63,363 bases of DNA, filler included, from Octopus bimaculoides (GCF_001194135.2; 4 parts of 4 records of this genome joined end to end with filler, not necessarily neighbours in it), one strand, 5' to 3'; shown: positions 23,801 to 33,147, counted from the first letter of the whole stretch. The notes: generated from the letters alone by a model not told the origin. Translations and numbers: made by a program.

Positions 23801-23966
23801 CACCAAAATGATTATGGGTGCTGGTGTCCTCCTTCCTCTGGCTAAGCAATAAATAAACACAAAAACAAAGATATATGACAGGAACCAGACAAATGAGAAG
23901 AATAAACGTAGATCATTACTTACTGCTATAGCGCTGAATCCAACCAGATTTTACAACATCTGCCAT
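4438..23966 (-). CDS. PLEKHB2: PLEKHB1/2 (evectin)-like PH-domain protein, 9 coding exons, 345 aa: join(23924-23966,18334-18449,15933-16096,13136-13163,12118-12232,10553-10747,9222-9281,6088-6243,4438-4598)
   Basis: Hand splicing: every intron is GT..AG with a pyrimidine-rich acceptor, phases are consistent (1,0,2,0,1,1,1,1), and the total is 1038 nt = 345 aa + TAG. The N-terminus [26 protein letters not shown] matches the evectin PH start as I recall it (MAFVKSGWLLRQ..RWKKNW). The PH domain ends with NELNEWMNAI. The C-terminal [29 protein letters not shown] resembles the recalled evectin VIIRERYRDNDSDLALGMLAGAATG. Orthology to B1 versus B2 cannot be resolved; the symbol is a family label. 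Confidence 0.85.
4951..5067. repeat. 30-bp minisatellite, about 4 copies
   Basis: tttgtaatagcgattgtttattgaatgtga repeated head to tail with no spacers. Confidence 0.95.
5146..5359 (+). mobile_element. RTE-clade LINE reverse-transcriptase fragment
   Basis: [63 protein letters not shown]; contains the RT GV.QGS.LSP motif. Confidence 0.88.
6088..6243 (-). CDS. PLEKHB2: PLEKHB-like coding exon 8 ([12 protein letters not shown]...[18 protein letters not shown])
   Basis: tttccatttttcag|CT GCA ... TTG G|gtaaga; 156 nt, phase 1 to 1. Confidence 0.88.
6903..7067. repeat. 165-bp imperfect hairpin (arms ~77 bp, 11-nt loop)
   Basis: tcctttcctcagaaaaggaaaa...acagctatttgtgataa, loop tggtaggccct, ttatcacaaatagctgt...ttttccttttctgaggaaagga. 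Confidence 0.9.
7076..8131 (+). mobile_element. Helitron 3' remnant: degenerate PIF1-like helicase C-terminus plus terminal hairpin and CTAG
   Basis: Fragments [53 protein letters not shown] with frameshifts and stops; hairpin ccgggtattaccagg (8105-8119) followed by CTAG|T (8128-8132). Confidence 0.85.
9222..9281 (-). CDS. PLEKHB2: PLEKHB-like coding exon 7 ([20 protein letters not shown]); not in the ORF track
   Basis: ttgctccgtttcag|GT TAC CCT CAA CCT TAT ... AAT GCA G|gtgaga; 60 nt, phase 1 to 1; same YPQ composition as the flanking exons. Confidence 0.8.
10553..10747 (-). CDS. PLEKHB2: PLEKHB-like coding exon 6, Pro/Tyr/Gln repeats ([10 protein letters not shown]...YPQQ...)
   Basis: ttttcttgttttag|TG CCA TCT ... 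CCT G|gtaagt; 195 nt, phase 1 to 1. Confidence 0.88.
11022..11295 (+). mobile_element. SINE with RTE-derived 3' tail
   Basis: ggcacataaaaagcacc repeats; tail ccaacccatgccagcatggaaaacggatgttaaac(aac)n. Confidence 0.75.
12118..12232 (-). CDS. PLEKHB2: PLEKHB-like coding exon 5 ([38 protein letters not shown])
   Basis: tgtttcag|CTA CCT ... GCA A|gtaaga; 115 nt, phase 0 to 1. Confidence 0.82.
12741..12980 (-). mobile_element. Same RTE-tailed SINE family, opposite orientation
   Basis: The reverse complement aligns by eye to 11022-11260 (ggcacgtaaaaagcacc, ggttggcattaggaagggcatccagctgta). Related tails lie at ~8525-8740, 14825-15060, 20385-20430, 21285-21345 and 22815-22860. Confidence 0.75.
13136..13163 (-). 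CDS. PLEKHB2: PLEKHB-like coding exon 4, 28-nt micro-exon encoding the PH C-terminal helix (EWMNAIVSV)
   Basis: ttttttccctctttttacag|T GAA TGG ATG AAT GCC ATT GTC AGT GTG|gtaagt; contains the invariant PH-domain Trp. Confidence 0.88.
15933..16096 (-). CDS. PLEKHB2: PLEKHB-like coding exon 3 ([54 protein letters not shown])
   Basis: Acceptor attttaacacag|GAA; donor CTA AA|gtttgt; 164 nt, phase 0 to 2. Confidence 0.88.
16150..17070 (-). mobile_element. Degenerate mariner (DD34D) transposase remnant
   Basis: Motifs KWVPHKL (~16900), IVTCDEKW (~16790-16810), QDNTRPH (~16506-16526) and [14 protein letters not shown] (~16406-16447). Confidence 0.88.
17085..17995 (-). mobile_element. Cluster of tRNA-derived SINE copies and fragments
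   Basis: Repeated aaggatgaaaggcaa...tttgaactcagaa...ctgccagc heads and (AAT)n-bounded tails. Confidence 0.7.
17892..17913 (+). repeat. Short interstitial (TTAGGG)n
   Basis: ttagggttagggttagggttag. Confidence 0.6.
18334..18449 (-). CDS. PLEKHB2: PLEKHB-like coding exon 2 (PH beta strands: [38 protein letters not shown])
   Basis: Acceptor (t)n gaaacatcag|AA AGT TTC; donor CTG AAG|gtaagt; 116 nt. Confidence 0.9.
18945..19905 (-). mobile_element. Head-to-tail train of about 5 tRNA-derived SINEs
   Basis: Five consecutive diverged copies, each joined to the next through an (AAT)n tract; two tail subtypes (aatggtttcaaattttggcacaagg and aatcctttctact). Confidence 0.75.
20461..20544 (+). ncRNA. Palindrome containing a Penelope-type minimal hammerhead ribozyme-like core
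   Basis: CTGATGA 20504-20510, GAAAC 20524-20528, stem III CTTC/GGAG, GTC 20538-20540, stem I ttagt/actga; the left arm is a broken inverted copy. Confidence 0.4.
22672..22740. repeat. 69-nt hairpin
   Basis: tttagaaagttaaaagttatgac versus gtcataacttttaacttcctaaa (22/23 match, the mismatch being a G:U pair on the minus strand), then a 3x3 internal loop, 5 more base pairs and a 7-nt loop. Confidence 0.85.
23924..23966 (-). CDS. PLEKHB2: PLEKHB-like coding exon 1 ([14 protein letters not shown])
   Basis: tttttcttttttttag|ATGGCAGAT...TATAGCA|gtaagt; 43 nt, ends in phase 1. The ATG is the first base after an acceptor, so at least one upstream exon must exist. Confidence 0.85.
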
Positions 23967-24647
23967 CTAAAAAAAGAAAAAGTATAAAAACTGAATGCTG
24001 TTGTTGTTGATATCATTATTATTATTATTGTGATATCTTGCAGTACAAGTTTAATTTGTTCCATGACTGAGCTCGTTTAACAATTTACTTGTTTTACAAA
24101 TCAATTTTTCCCATTGAAATTAATTAAAATATGATTAATCCATTCCAAACCCCCAAAATCATTTTTTTTTGTGGGGGGGGGGTTCAAAACAGATAATGTG
24201 TAATTACAAGTAAAATGACAATTATAAAAACAATAAAAGAGAATGCAAAAGAAATATGTAAACTAGTTTTATTACTTTAATTACCTTAATGATGATGATG
24301 ATGATGATGGGACAATTTGTGCATGAGTAAGATGATGGAGCAGGGAGGAGGAGGATTATTGTCTGGAAGAAACTGCTTCCATTAAGACTTCAGGAAGAAC
24401 CATTTCTGGCATTTTCTCTCTCACGTTGCTTGATTTAGGCTTTTTAAACACTTTCTTCACTTTTCACACTTGCAGGTTGTTTCATTAGAAACATCTCAAG
24501 AGAAATCCTTGTTCTTTGCCTTTCATCTTTTTGGGGGTCAATAAATTAAGTACCAATGAAATACTGGGATCAATGTAATCAACTGGACCCCTCCCCCAAA
24601 ATCTCAGACCTTGTGCCTTTAGTAGAAAGGATTGTTATTATCATTAT

Positions 24648-25316
24648 AGACATTGCACAGTATAAAGTATGATGAGGTTGTCGATTGAGGATATTGTGTC
24701 TACTGGGAGTTTGTAGTGTTTGTCAAGTCACAACAAAGACCTCAGACAGACAGTACTTTCCACAATATGCGTGCAGCTCCAAGTAATGCTGACTTTTGCA
24801 ATACATCTAGATTGTAGGGTATCTCTAAGGTTTTCTGATGGGTTTTTTTCAGATTGGCTGGTATTGAACCCAATGCTCTGATGACAATAGGGAAAACCTT
24901 TATGTCCGACTCTCGTAGCTGCCACATCTTAGCAATCTCAATTCTCAGGTCTCCGTTCTTATCAACTTTTTCTCTTTCTTTCATAATGATATGTTGATCT
25001 CTTGGCACTGCCACATCAATTATTAGGCACTCTTGTTTGTCCCTCCTAAATGTTACTATATCTGGCCTTCGGTGCTCTAATACCTTGTGTATCTGGATGT
25101 CAAAGTCCCAGAGGTTTTTTGCCTTCCCCTTTTTGTCCATTACCTTTTCCGGTGTATGTTGGTCCTAAGCACCCGTAACCTCATATCCATACTTATGGTA
25201 TAGCAGCCAGTGGCGGTTTTCGGCTACCTTGTCATGTCTATGCTTGTAGTCTTTTTGTGCAAGCTTTCACAAGCACTAACAAAGTGAGTCACACTTTCAA
25301 CCCTCTTCTCACACAA
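24648..25316 (-). mobile_element. R4/Dong-clade non-LTR retrotransposon, 5'-truncated (zinc-knuckle remnant + restriction-like endonuclease + 3'UTR)
   Basis: CEKRVESVTHFVSAC, HRHDKVA, LWDFDIQIHKVLEHRRPDIV...CLIIDVAVP..KVDKNGDL, LQKSALLGAARIL; the 3' end abuts a TAA-type tract. Confidence 0.85.
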
Positions 25317-25600
25317 CAAAACAAATATACTAAAAATTAATATTGTCAGCATATGCAAGATTCAACCATAACAAACATAAAAAAAAACAAACAAATATTC
25401 AATCAAAAATAACTGTAACACCAATATTTTTGCTGATGCAAAACACTGTGAAAGGGTGCACACCATTAACACTCAAGCTCTGACCAAATCCACCTTTCTA
25501 CATCTACAGTAGCCACTGCCAGAATTTAATAGTATATAGAAATAGAATGGAAAATGTAATATGCTGCTGACTGTTACAGTCCCTGACATACGATTCATAC

Positions 25601-25632
25601 CTGCATATCAGAGAATGCAGTATGGTCTTTAG
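25601..25632 (-). other. Candidate upstream 32-nt exon of the PLEKHB-like gene (5'UTR or N-terminal extension KDHTAFSDMQ)
   Basis: catctcctttgtctccttttag|CTAAAGACC...GATATGCAG|gtatga; open and in frame with the exon 1 ATG. Confidence 0.4.
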
Positions 25633-28519
25633 CTAAAAGGAGACAAAGGAGATGGATTTGTGGGAACAACCTGCATAACACAGAAGTACTTGATCAGGGC
25701 TGTCCAGGGGTACACAACAGCAACAATACTATATCACCTTACAGAACATTACTGCATTAAGAAAAGCTGCACTAAGATATACGACATCACATCACACTAA
25801 ACTAGACCAAATCAGTTGGTATAATTAGGAAAGCTTGTTGACACTCATAACATCCAAAATTCATAATTTATTTTGGTATAATAATGATTTTTAGTAATTC
25901 TGACAATAAAATAGCCTTTCCATGCAAAAGGGTTCTGAATCCCAATCTTGTGAAAAGGAAGAATTTGAAGTAACTCAGGATACTAAGATGAAGTGCAACT
26001 TTGGTGATTAAACAGTGATAAACACGACCAATAGCAACAGAGCAGAGCAGATATACTTTTTGTATCAAGTTATGGCGTGAGATTGAGTTCCAAAACTTGG
26101 CGAGGATGACACAGTATTTTTTATTACACAACAATACAACGAAAGCTGGGGTGCGCTCTACGCTTCCACTATTTCGCTGCATTATATGAAACAGTTTACT
26201 ACAATAAATAGCACTAATGAAGTGCAAGGATGTTTGTGACCAACATTATGAGGTGGGGGATTAACTGAAAATAGATATAAACAGTACTGGGTCGATGTAA
26301 TCGATTAATCCACTTCGCTCAAAATTATTAGCCTTGTGCCTAAAGTTAGAAACCGTTTTTAATATTATTGAAATTACTGTAATTAATATAAAATAAAACA
26401 AATCATCGTTATTATGATTAATGTATAGTTTAATTTTCTTTCCATAATTAAGTAATTACAACATATACATCGTATTGCGCATCATTTCCTGACCGTCCTG
26501 CTTCGGAGAAGATGACAATAAATTGATTAAACGGGTATAGTGATGAAAATAACGGACATCCTTAAAATAAATCTGTTGTTAAGAAACTCGCACAAAACAA
26601 GGGAGTGACCTTTCGTCAAATGTAATAAAATTACGCTGACAAAGTGTTAATTTTTAAATATATGATGAAACGGATGTTTGCTATTGTGTAAATTAACCAA
26701 CTCAAAACTGCTGTCCTTGTTCCTAAATCACAATTATTATTAACTCCTGTTATTACATTCAACAAGATATGTGAATGGTCCACCTTACACACACACACAC
26801 ATATANNNNNNNNNNNNNNNNNNNNNNNNNNNNNNNNNNNNNNNNNNNNNNNNNNNNNNNNNNNNNNNNNNNNNNNNNNNNNNNNNNNNNNNNNNNNNNN
26901 NNNNNNNNNNNNNNNNNNNNNNNNNNNNNNNNNNNNNNNNNNNNNNNNNNNNNNNNNNNNNNNNNNNNNNNNNNNNNNNNNNNNNNNNNNNNNNNNNNNN
27001 NNNNNNNNNNNNNNNNNNNNNNNNNNNNNNNNNNNNNNNNNNNNNNNNNNNNNNNNNNNNNNNNNNNNNNNNNNNNNNCAGCCACACTTTCGTAGGATCT
27101 CTACTTTGTCTTAAGTTTATCCAACCATAATAGCTTTACAGAAGTACCTGGATTTTCTAGAAGTTGTCCAGAAAAATTAATTGAAGAAGAAAATAAATTG
27201 GATGGTTTATTATAAATGAATCAACTGCTATGATTTTCAACATAAAGATGTCATAAATACTAATTTGTAACCCGAGAAAAATAGTTCCTCTTGAGTGGAC
27301 TTGTTTTTCTCCGTCCCAAGTTGGTGTTTATAACGTCTGATGTCATTGGTTTATTACTTCTGAAGAAAAGCCACTGTCTGAAATGGAATCGTTCCTTGAA
27401 CGTAACAGGTTCTGGATTTATCGACATCTAAAACCGAATGATATAAACGAACTTGGTATAGAATATAAAGGAAGGGATAATGAAAAATTGTAAAGTGCTA
27501 TGCCGGTTGTGTTTTTACATCGCCCTTGAAATATAACTGTATCAGAAGCACTTCAAGTACGACATCTTTTTTATACAAGTCGTCAGTGTCATCGATACTC
27601 CCCCACTGCACATCCTGTTGATCATATTCATTGACTAGGAGGAGAAATGCTCGCAACACTGTTAAGGGTATTCAATAGTTAGGTGATATTATTCAAATGA
27701 TGTGCTGGTTCTTCACCCCGTGTTAAGCCGAACAACACTTCAGGCGATGATGTTAATCTGGTGTGTTAAGTCTCTACAGTTCGACCTATCTAAACACTAC
27801 ACGACAAAACACATTAGTCACTTAAGAATTAAGTGGCGATGTTAAATTGGCGCATTAGGTCAATCATAGTAGTCGCTGCTGTTGTTGCACTCGTGTTGAT
27901 GAGGCGACAACGGTGGTGAATCAAATAGCTTTGGCCTCATCTCAAATTACTTTTCCACCCTTATATACAACACAAACTTGTCACTCAATCAATGACTGAC
28001 TCAAAAGGAAATCTCTAACTGACGCTGCTACTGTTTGTGAAATAAATGACCTATAAATAAATGAATAGATATAAATGCATCTGGTGTTGAGTCAATTAAT
28101 GCTATTCTGCTACCTCTAAAGCTCACTATTACTTTCATATCGACACTGTTTGTATAATAGTTAATTGATGGCAGCGGATTTTTGTTGCCATTGTCTATGG
28201 AAAGTTAATCTCGCTTTCTCGCACAATAGAACACGATTCACATTGTACCCTGAGACTTCAAAGTTTTGTCAGCCTATAAACTTAATGAAAACTTAATGAT
28301 GCAATATTTTGTATGAAGCTATTTTACTAAGGCTACACGCGCGCGCACATACGGTGTCACGGTTAGTGAGTTCGGTTCATGATCATAAGGTCGCGGGTTC
28401 GATTCTTGAATCGGGAGTCACGATGGGTTCTTGAGCAAAGCAGTTCATACACAGACTTGCCACAAGTATTTCACATGCATCCATCATTACATAAGTGTTG
28501 CACCAGCGCTAAATCAAAT

Positions 28520-29660
28520 CCATTGGATTTAGTTGAATACCATCCCTTATGCATGACTAAACAAGTTGGAGCATCTGTTCTGTCGCCTCTTGTGGAAGGG
28601 TGGCGGTCCTCTTCTAAGGTGGTCTGTCTGCTGCCAACACCCACTCGAGGGTGGGCTAGGGATGCCCAGGATGCTGCTGCACAGACATGCGCAGAGCCTG
28701 AGGCATCAGTGACTCCACCTGGATGGTGAACAGGTGTGGTCTTCGTTCGTGAAACCGTTATTTCCTAGGTTTATTAGTTTTAGTGAACTAGAACCGTGGA
28801 TCCCGTGTAGACCAAAGTTGAGAGATTGAGAAGCGAGAGAGCCTTACGGCACTCTCGCACGAGTAACGCCAGCGGCGGGGGTTCCACCTCGTCATTCTAC
28901 AGAGGGTTGGTAGAGGCTAAGTGTGACGACGACCTGGGGGTGGAGACACTCTGGGCGTCGACGATAGTCAACTGACCGGCCTGTTCCGAAGGACATTCGG
29001 GCCAGGATCCTTGGATAACTTTCAAGGATCTCTGGCTTAGCAATGTTACCGAGGAGCCTTACCAGATAAACACACAAGGCATGCTGCTTCTTGTTCAGCC
29101 ATGTGCCCAAGACGCGAGCAGGACAGGGGAAACCGTTCTGCACGCGACTGGACAATATCTCGAAATTTCAGAAATGTGGGATTACGCTGAGCAACGCTGT
29201 CACGGCGGGGNNNNNNNNNNNNNNNNNNNNNNNNNNNNNNNNNNNNNNNNNNNNNNNNNNNNNNNNNNNNNNNNNNNNNNNNNNNNNNNNNNNNNNNNGG
29301 GAAGAGTACAACTGTCCTCGGAGTCGATTGTGAAGATTGAGGGGGAGAGGGGGAGAGGGGTGAGGCAAACAGAGGTGAAGCCAGACCGGAAGTCGGCGAC
29401 ACGCGGTCGAAGGCGAGCACGTGGAGTCAGTCAGAAAACAGAGAAGTTACGAGAAAGACGCGTTCTGATCAGGAGCGATCGTGTACTCCGCTGCGGTCGA
29501 CAAGGTAAGCTCCAACGTTTCATTCTGTCCTTTTGCTTCTTGCTGTCTTTTTCCTCCATCACACCATAAGCTATTTCGGCCCATAAGAAAAAAAAAATTA
29601 TGAGTGTAGTCCGGATTTCTAGTGATATAATTAAACCGTTTTGCGGCGACAGGGACGTGG
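28520..29660. mobile_element. GC/CpG-rich LTR-like insertion interrupted by a gap
   Basis: Abrupt rise in GC; TG-start motif tgtcacgg at 29198; minus-strand AATAAA near 28770; splice-donor-like ggtaag(g)ctcc on both strands; no ORF homology recognised. Confidence 0.3.
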
Positions 29661-29662
29661 TC

Positions 29663-29762
29663 NNNNNNNNNNNNNNNNNNNNNNNNNNNNNNNNNNNNNN
29701 NNNNNNTTAATTAATTAANNNNNNNNNNNNNNNNNNNNNNNNNNNNNNNNNNNNNNNNNNNN
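29663..29762. other. Artificial 100-bp scaffold spacer N44-TTAATTAATTAA-N44; also at 42857-42956 and 61016-61115
   Basis: An identical palindromic six-frame-stop 12-mer is centred in equal N runs at three places. Confidence 0.9.
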
Positions 29763-29811
<49 letters not shown>

Positions 29812-30004
29812 CATACACACACACTCACACACATTCACACATGTTCGTGCGTGTATATATATGTATACATATATATATATATATATACACATAGATACAG
29901 CCGTATATATGCACATATATGTACATATACATAGATACATTCACACACACATTATTATATATTTATATGTATACATAATATTTTCGATATTGTATGGTAC
30001 TTAC

Positions 30005-30073
30005 CTTAGGCATAAAACAGAGAAGTGTTCTACTGAAACCTCTCTGTGAAATCCCCAGAAGTTAAGGACAGAA
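30005..30073 (-). other. Candidate non-coding exon
   Basis: Strong donor CCTAAG|gtaagt at 30005 and acceptor ctctgttcgcctctcatcag at 30074; has a stop in the frame that would join the gene. Confidence 0.2.
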
Positions 30074-30259
30074 CTGATGAGAGGCGAACAGAGATAGTAG
30101 TGATATGCCTCAACATATATATCGATAAACGTTACTCATATATCGATAAATATAATATGAGCGTTCATCTAGGAATTAATTAACTCTGGTGAGCTAAAAC
30201 CGGTTGGATGTGTGCATACACGTGCATAAATACATAGTTCTATATAAACTTGTACTATA

Positions 30260-30341
<82 letters not shown>

Positions 30342-32299
30342 CTATCTATCTATATATATATATATATATATATATATCATATAATCATATATATGCGTAA
30401 CTCTATTCATTATTNNNNNNNNNNNNNNNNNNNNNNNNNNNNNNNNNNNNNNNNNNNNNNNNNNNNNNNNNNNNNNNNNNNNNNNNNNNNNNNNNNNNNN
30501 NNNNNNNNNNNNNNNNNNNNNNNNNNNNNNNNNNNNNNNNNNNNNNNNNNNNNNNNNNNNNNNNNNNNNNNNNNNNNNNNNNNNNNNNNNNNNNNNNNNN
30601 NNNNNNNNNNNNNNNNNNNNNNNNNNNNNNNNNNNNNNNNNNNNNNNNNNNNNNNNNNNNNNNNNNNNNNNNNNNNNNNNNNNNNNNNNNNNNNNNNNNN
30701 NNNNNNNNNNNNNNNNNNNNNNNNNNNNNNNNNNNNNNNNNNNNNNNNNNNNNNNNNNNNNNNNNNNNNNNNNNNNNNNNNNNNNNNNNNNNNNNNNNNN
30801 NNNNNNNNNNNNNNNNNNNNNNNNNNNNNNNNNNNNNNNNNNNNNNNNNNNNNNNNNNNNNNNNNNNNNNNNNNNNNNNNNNNNNNNNNNNNNNNNNNNN
30901 NNNNNNNNNNNNNNNNNNNNNNNNNNNNNNNNNNNNNNNNNNNNNNNNNNNNNNNNNNNNNNNNNNNNNNNNNNNNNNNNNNNNNNNNNNNNNNNNNNNN
31001 NNNNNNNNNNNNNNNNNNNNNNNNNNNNNNNNNNNNNNNNNNNNNNNNNNNNNNNNNNNNNNNNNNNNNNNNNNNNNNNNNNNNNNNNNNNNNNNNNNNN
31101 NNNNNNNNNNNNNNNNNNNNNNNNNNNNNNNNNNNNNNNNNNNNNNNNNNNNNNNNNNNNNNNNNNNNNNNNNNNNNNNNNNNNNNNNNNNNNNNNNNNN
31201 NNNNNNNNNNNNNNNNNNNNNNNNNNNNNNNNNNNNNNNNNNNNNNNNNNNNNNNNNNNNNNNNNNNNNNNNNNNNNNNNNNNNNNNNNNNNNNNNNNNN
31301 NNNNNNNNNNNNNNNNNNNNNNNNNNNNNNNNNNNNNNNNNNNNNNNNNNNNNNNNNNNNNNNNNNNNNNNNNNNNNNNNNNNNNNNNNNNNNNNNNNNN
31401 NNNNNAAGAAGAAGAAGAAGAAGAAGAAGAAGAAGAAGAAGAAGAAGAAGAAGAAGAAGAAGAAGAAGAAGAAGAAGAAGAAGAAGAAGAACAACAACAA
31501 CAACAACAACAACGAGTCAAAGCATCGAATTTGCATATCATTTCTAGATCCCCCGAGAAGATGAAAGGTAAAAGCATCCCCTTCTGGCGCGATATGAAAT
31601 CAGTTGGTTGGAAGCCGGAAAAAATTCCGCTGCAAGGCCTCGTCTTTCCATCTTTCTAACGAACCTTCTCAATCACAGCCGCCATATTGACGACAGTTGA
31701 ACGTTGGTGAACCAGAAATATTCAAACCACAAAACTTCAGGCAAGAAATATAATTCGTTTTAATTTCAATTAAAAACATAAAAGTTGCAAACATCATGCC
31801 TAAAACTGTTAAATAGGACACACAAGAACGACAACTCATTGTCGTTTGAACTAAATTTAACACTAAGCGTCATTTACAGCACATTGTGAGGTTGATGAGG
31901 GCGGTGAGTTGGCTGTTTCGATACCGTACCGGACGAAATTCTTAAAGCATTTCTTCCATCTCTTTACATTCCGAGTTCAAACTGCACCGTAGTCAACTTT
32001 GCCTTTTATCTTTTGTGGTTCGATAAAATATCTGCCAATCAAGTATTGGAATTGATGTAATCGATTTACTTCTACCCTTAGAATTGCTGGCCCTTTGTAG
32101 AAATTTAGGAAGGGTTATTAGTGTGGAGAACCGGCCAAGGTGTTAGAGCATCGGAAGAAGTGTTCTACGGTCTTTGTTCTGAGTTCAAACACTGTCGGGG
32201 GTCAATTTTGTCTATCATTCATGCCGAGTCGGGGGTCGATGTAATCGACCGATTCCGCTTTCCCACAAATTTGGTGGCCAAAATTAGAAAGACGCAGGA

Positions 32300-32690
32300 G
32301 TAGCTTGCTTACCAACCACATGCTTCCGGGTTCATTCCCACTGCGTGGCACCTTGGGCAAGTGTCTTCTACTGTAGCCTCGGGCCAGCAGTGTGAGTGAA
32401 TTTGGTAGACGGAAACTGAAAGAAGCCCGTCGTATATATGTATATGTATATGTATATATATGTATGTGTGTGTCTGTGTTTGTCGCCCCAACATCGCTTG
32501 ACAACCGATGCTGGTGTGTTTACGTCCCCGTAACCTAGCGGTTCGGCAAAAACAGACCGATAGAATAAGTACTAGGCATCCAAAGAATAAGTCCTGGGGT
32601 CGACTTGCTCGACTAAAGGCGGTGCTCCAGCATGGCCGCAGTCAAATGACTGAAACAAGTAAAAGAGAAGAGTGTAAAGAGAGTTATTTG
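32300..32690 (+). mobile_element. Composite tRNA-derived SINE with internal (TA/TG)n microsatellite
   Basis: ...ccttgggcaagtgtcttcta...ggaaactgaaagaagcccgtcg-[SSR]-...gcggttcggcaa...gctccagcatggccgcagtc..tgactgaaacaagtaaaag. Other copies or halves lie at ~15660-15880, 34000-34150, 37000-37130, 43015-43390, 43970-44170, 44775-44940, 48770-48910, 53480-53850, 55400-55530 and 58800-58900. Confidence 0.8.
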
Positions 32691-32878
32691 GATTTCAGAA
32701 TACAACGAACTGGCAGAACTGTTGGCACAAAATGTGTTCAAAATGTTCAGCTTATGTTATGAGTTCAAATTTCGCCTAGATCGACTTTGCTTTTCCTCTT
32801 TCGTGGGCGATAGAATAAGTACGGATCAAATACTGAGATCGATGTCTCGAGCTGTTCCTCCTCTCAGGATTGCAGGTC

Positions 32879-33147
32879 TTGTGCCAAAATTAGAAAGAAT
32901 TATTCGCAGGCCAGAAGGTAGCAGGCTGGCTGAATCATTATCGTGTCGGGCAAAAATGTACCGCGGTATTTCTTTCAACGCATTATGTTACGGATTCAAA
33001 TTTCACTGAAGTCAATATTATTTTTACATCTTTTCCAGGGAGATGAAATTAGTACAGTCATGTATTGGCTTCTATGTCAAGGACGTGCCCTTCCTCTCAA
33101 AATTGCTGGTTTGTGCCAAAATTAGAAAGAATTATTCGCAGGCCAGA
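32879..33147 (+). repeat. 37-bp exact direct repeat flanking a SINE copy (TSD-like)
   Basis: ttgtgccaaaattagaaagaattattcgcaggccaga at 32879-32915 and 33111-33147. Confidence 0.8.

Noticed and set aside
30074-30100. Second hammerhead (ctgatga gagg cgaac)
   Set aside because: It lacks GAAA, and I found no stem III/UH arrangement. The ctgatgaag motifs at ~40630 and ~46797 also lack a downstream GAAAC.
30342-31577. Long ORFs in the track (also 26759-27130, 34078-34924, 35411-36359, 41437-42222, 45197-45745, 49944-50900)
   Set aside because: They stay open only because they run through N gaps.
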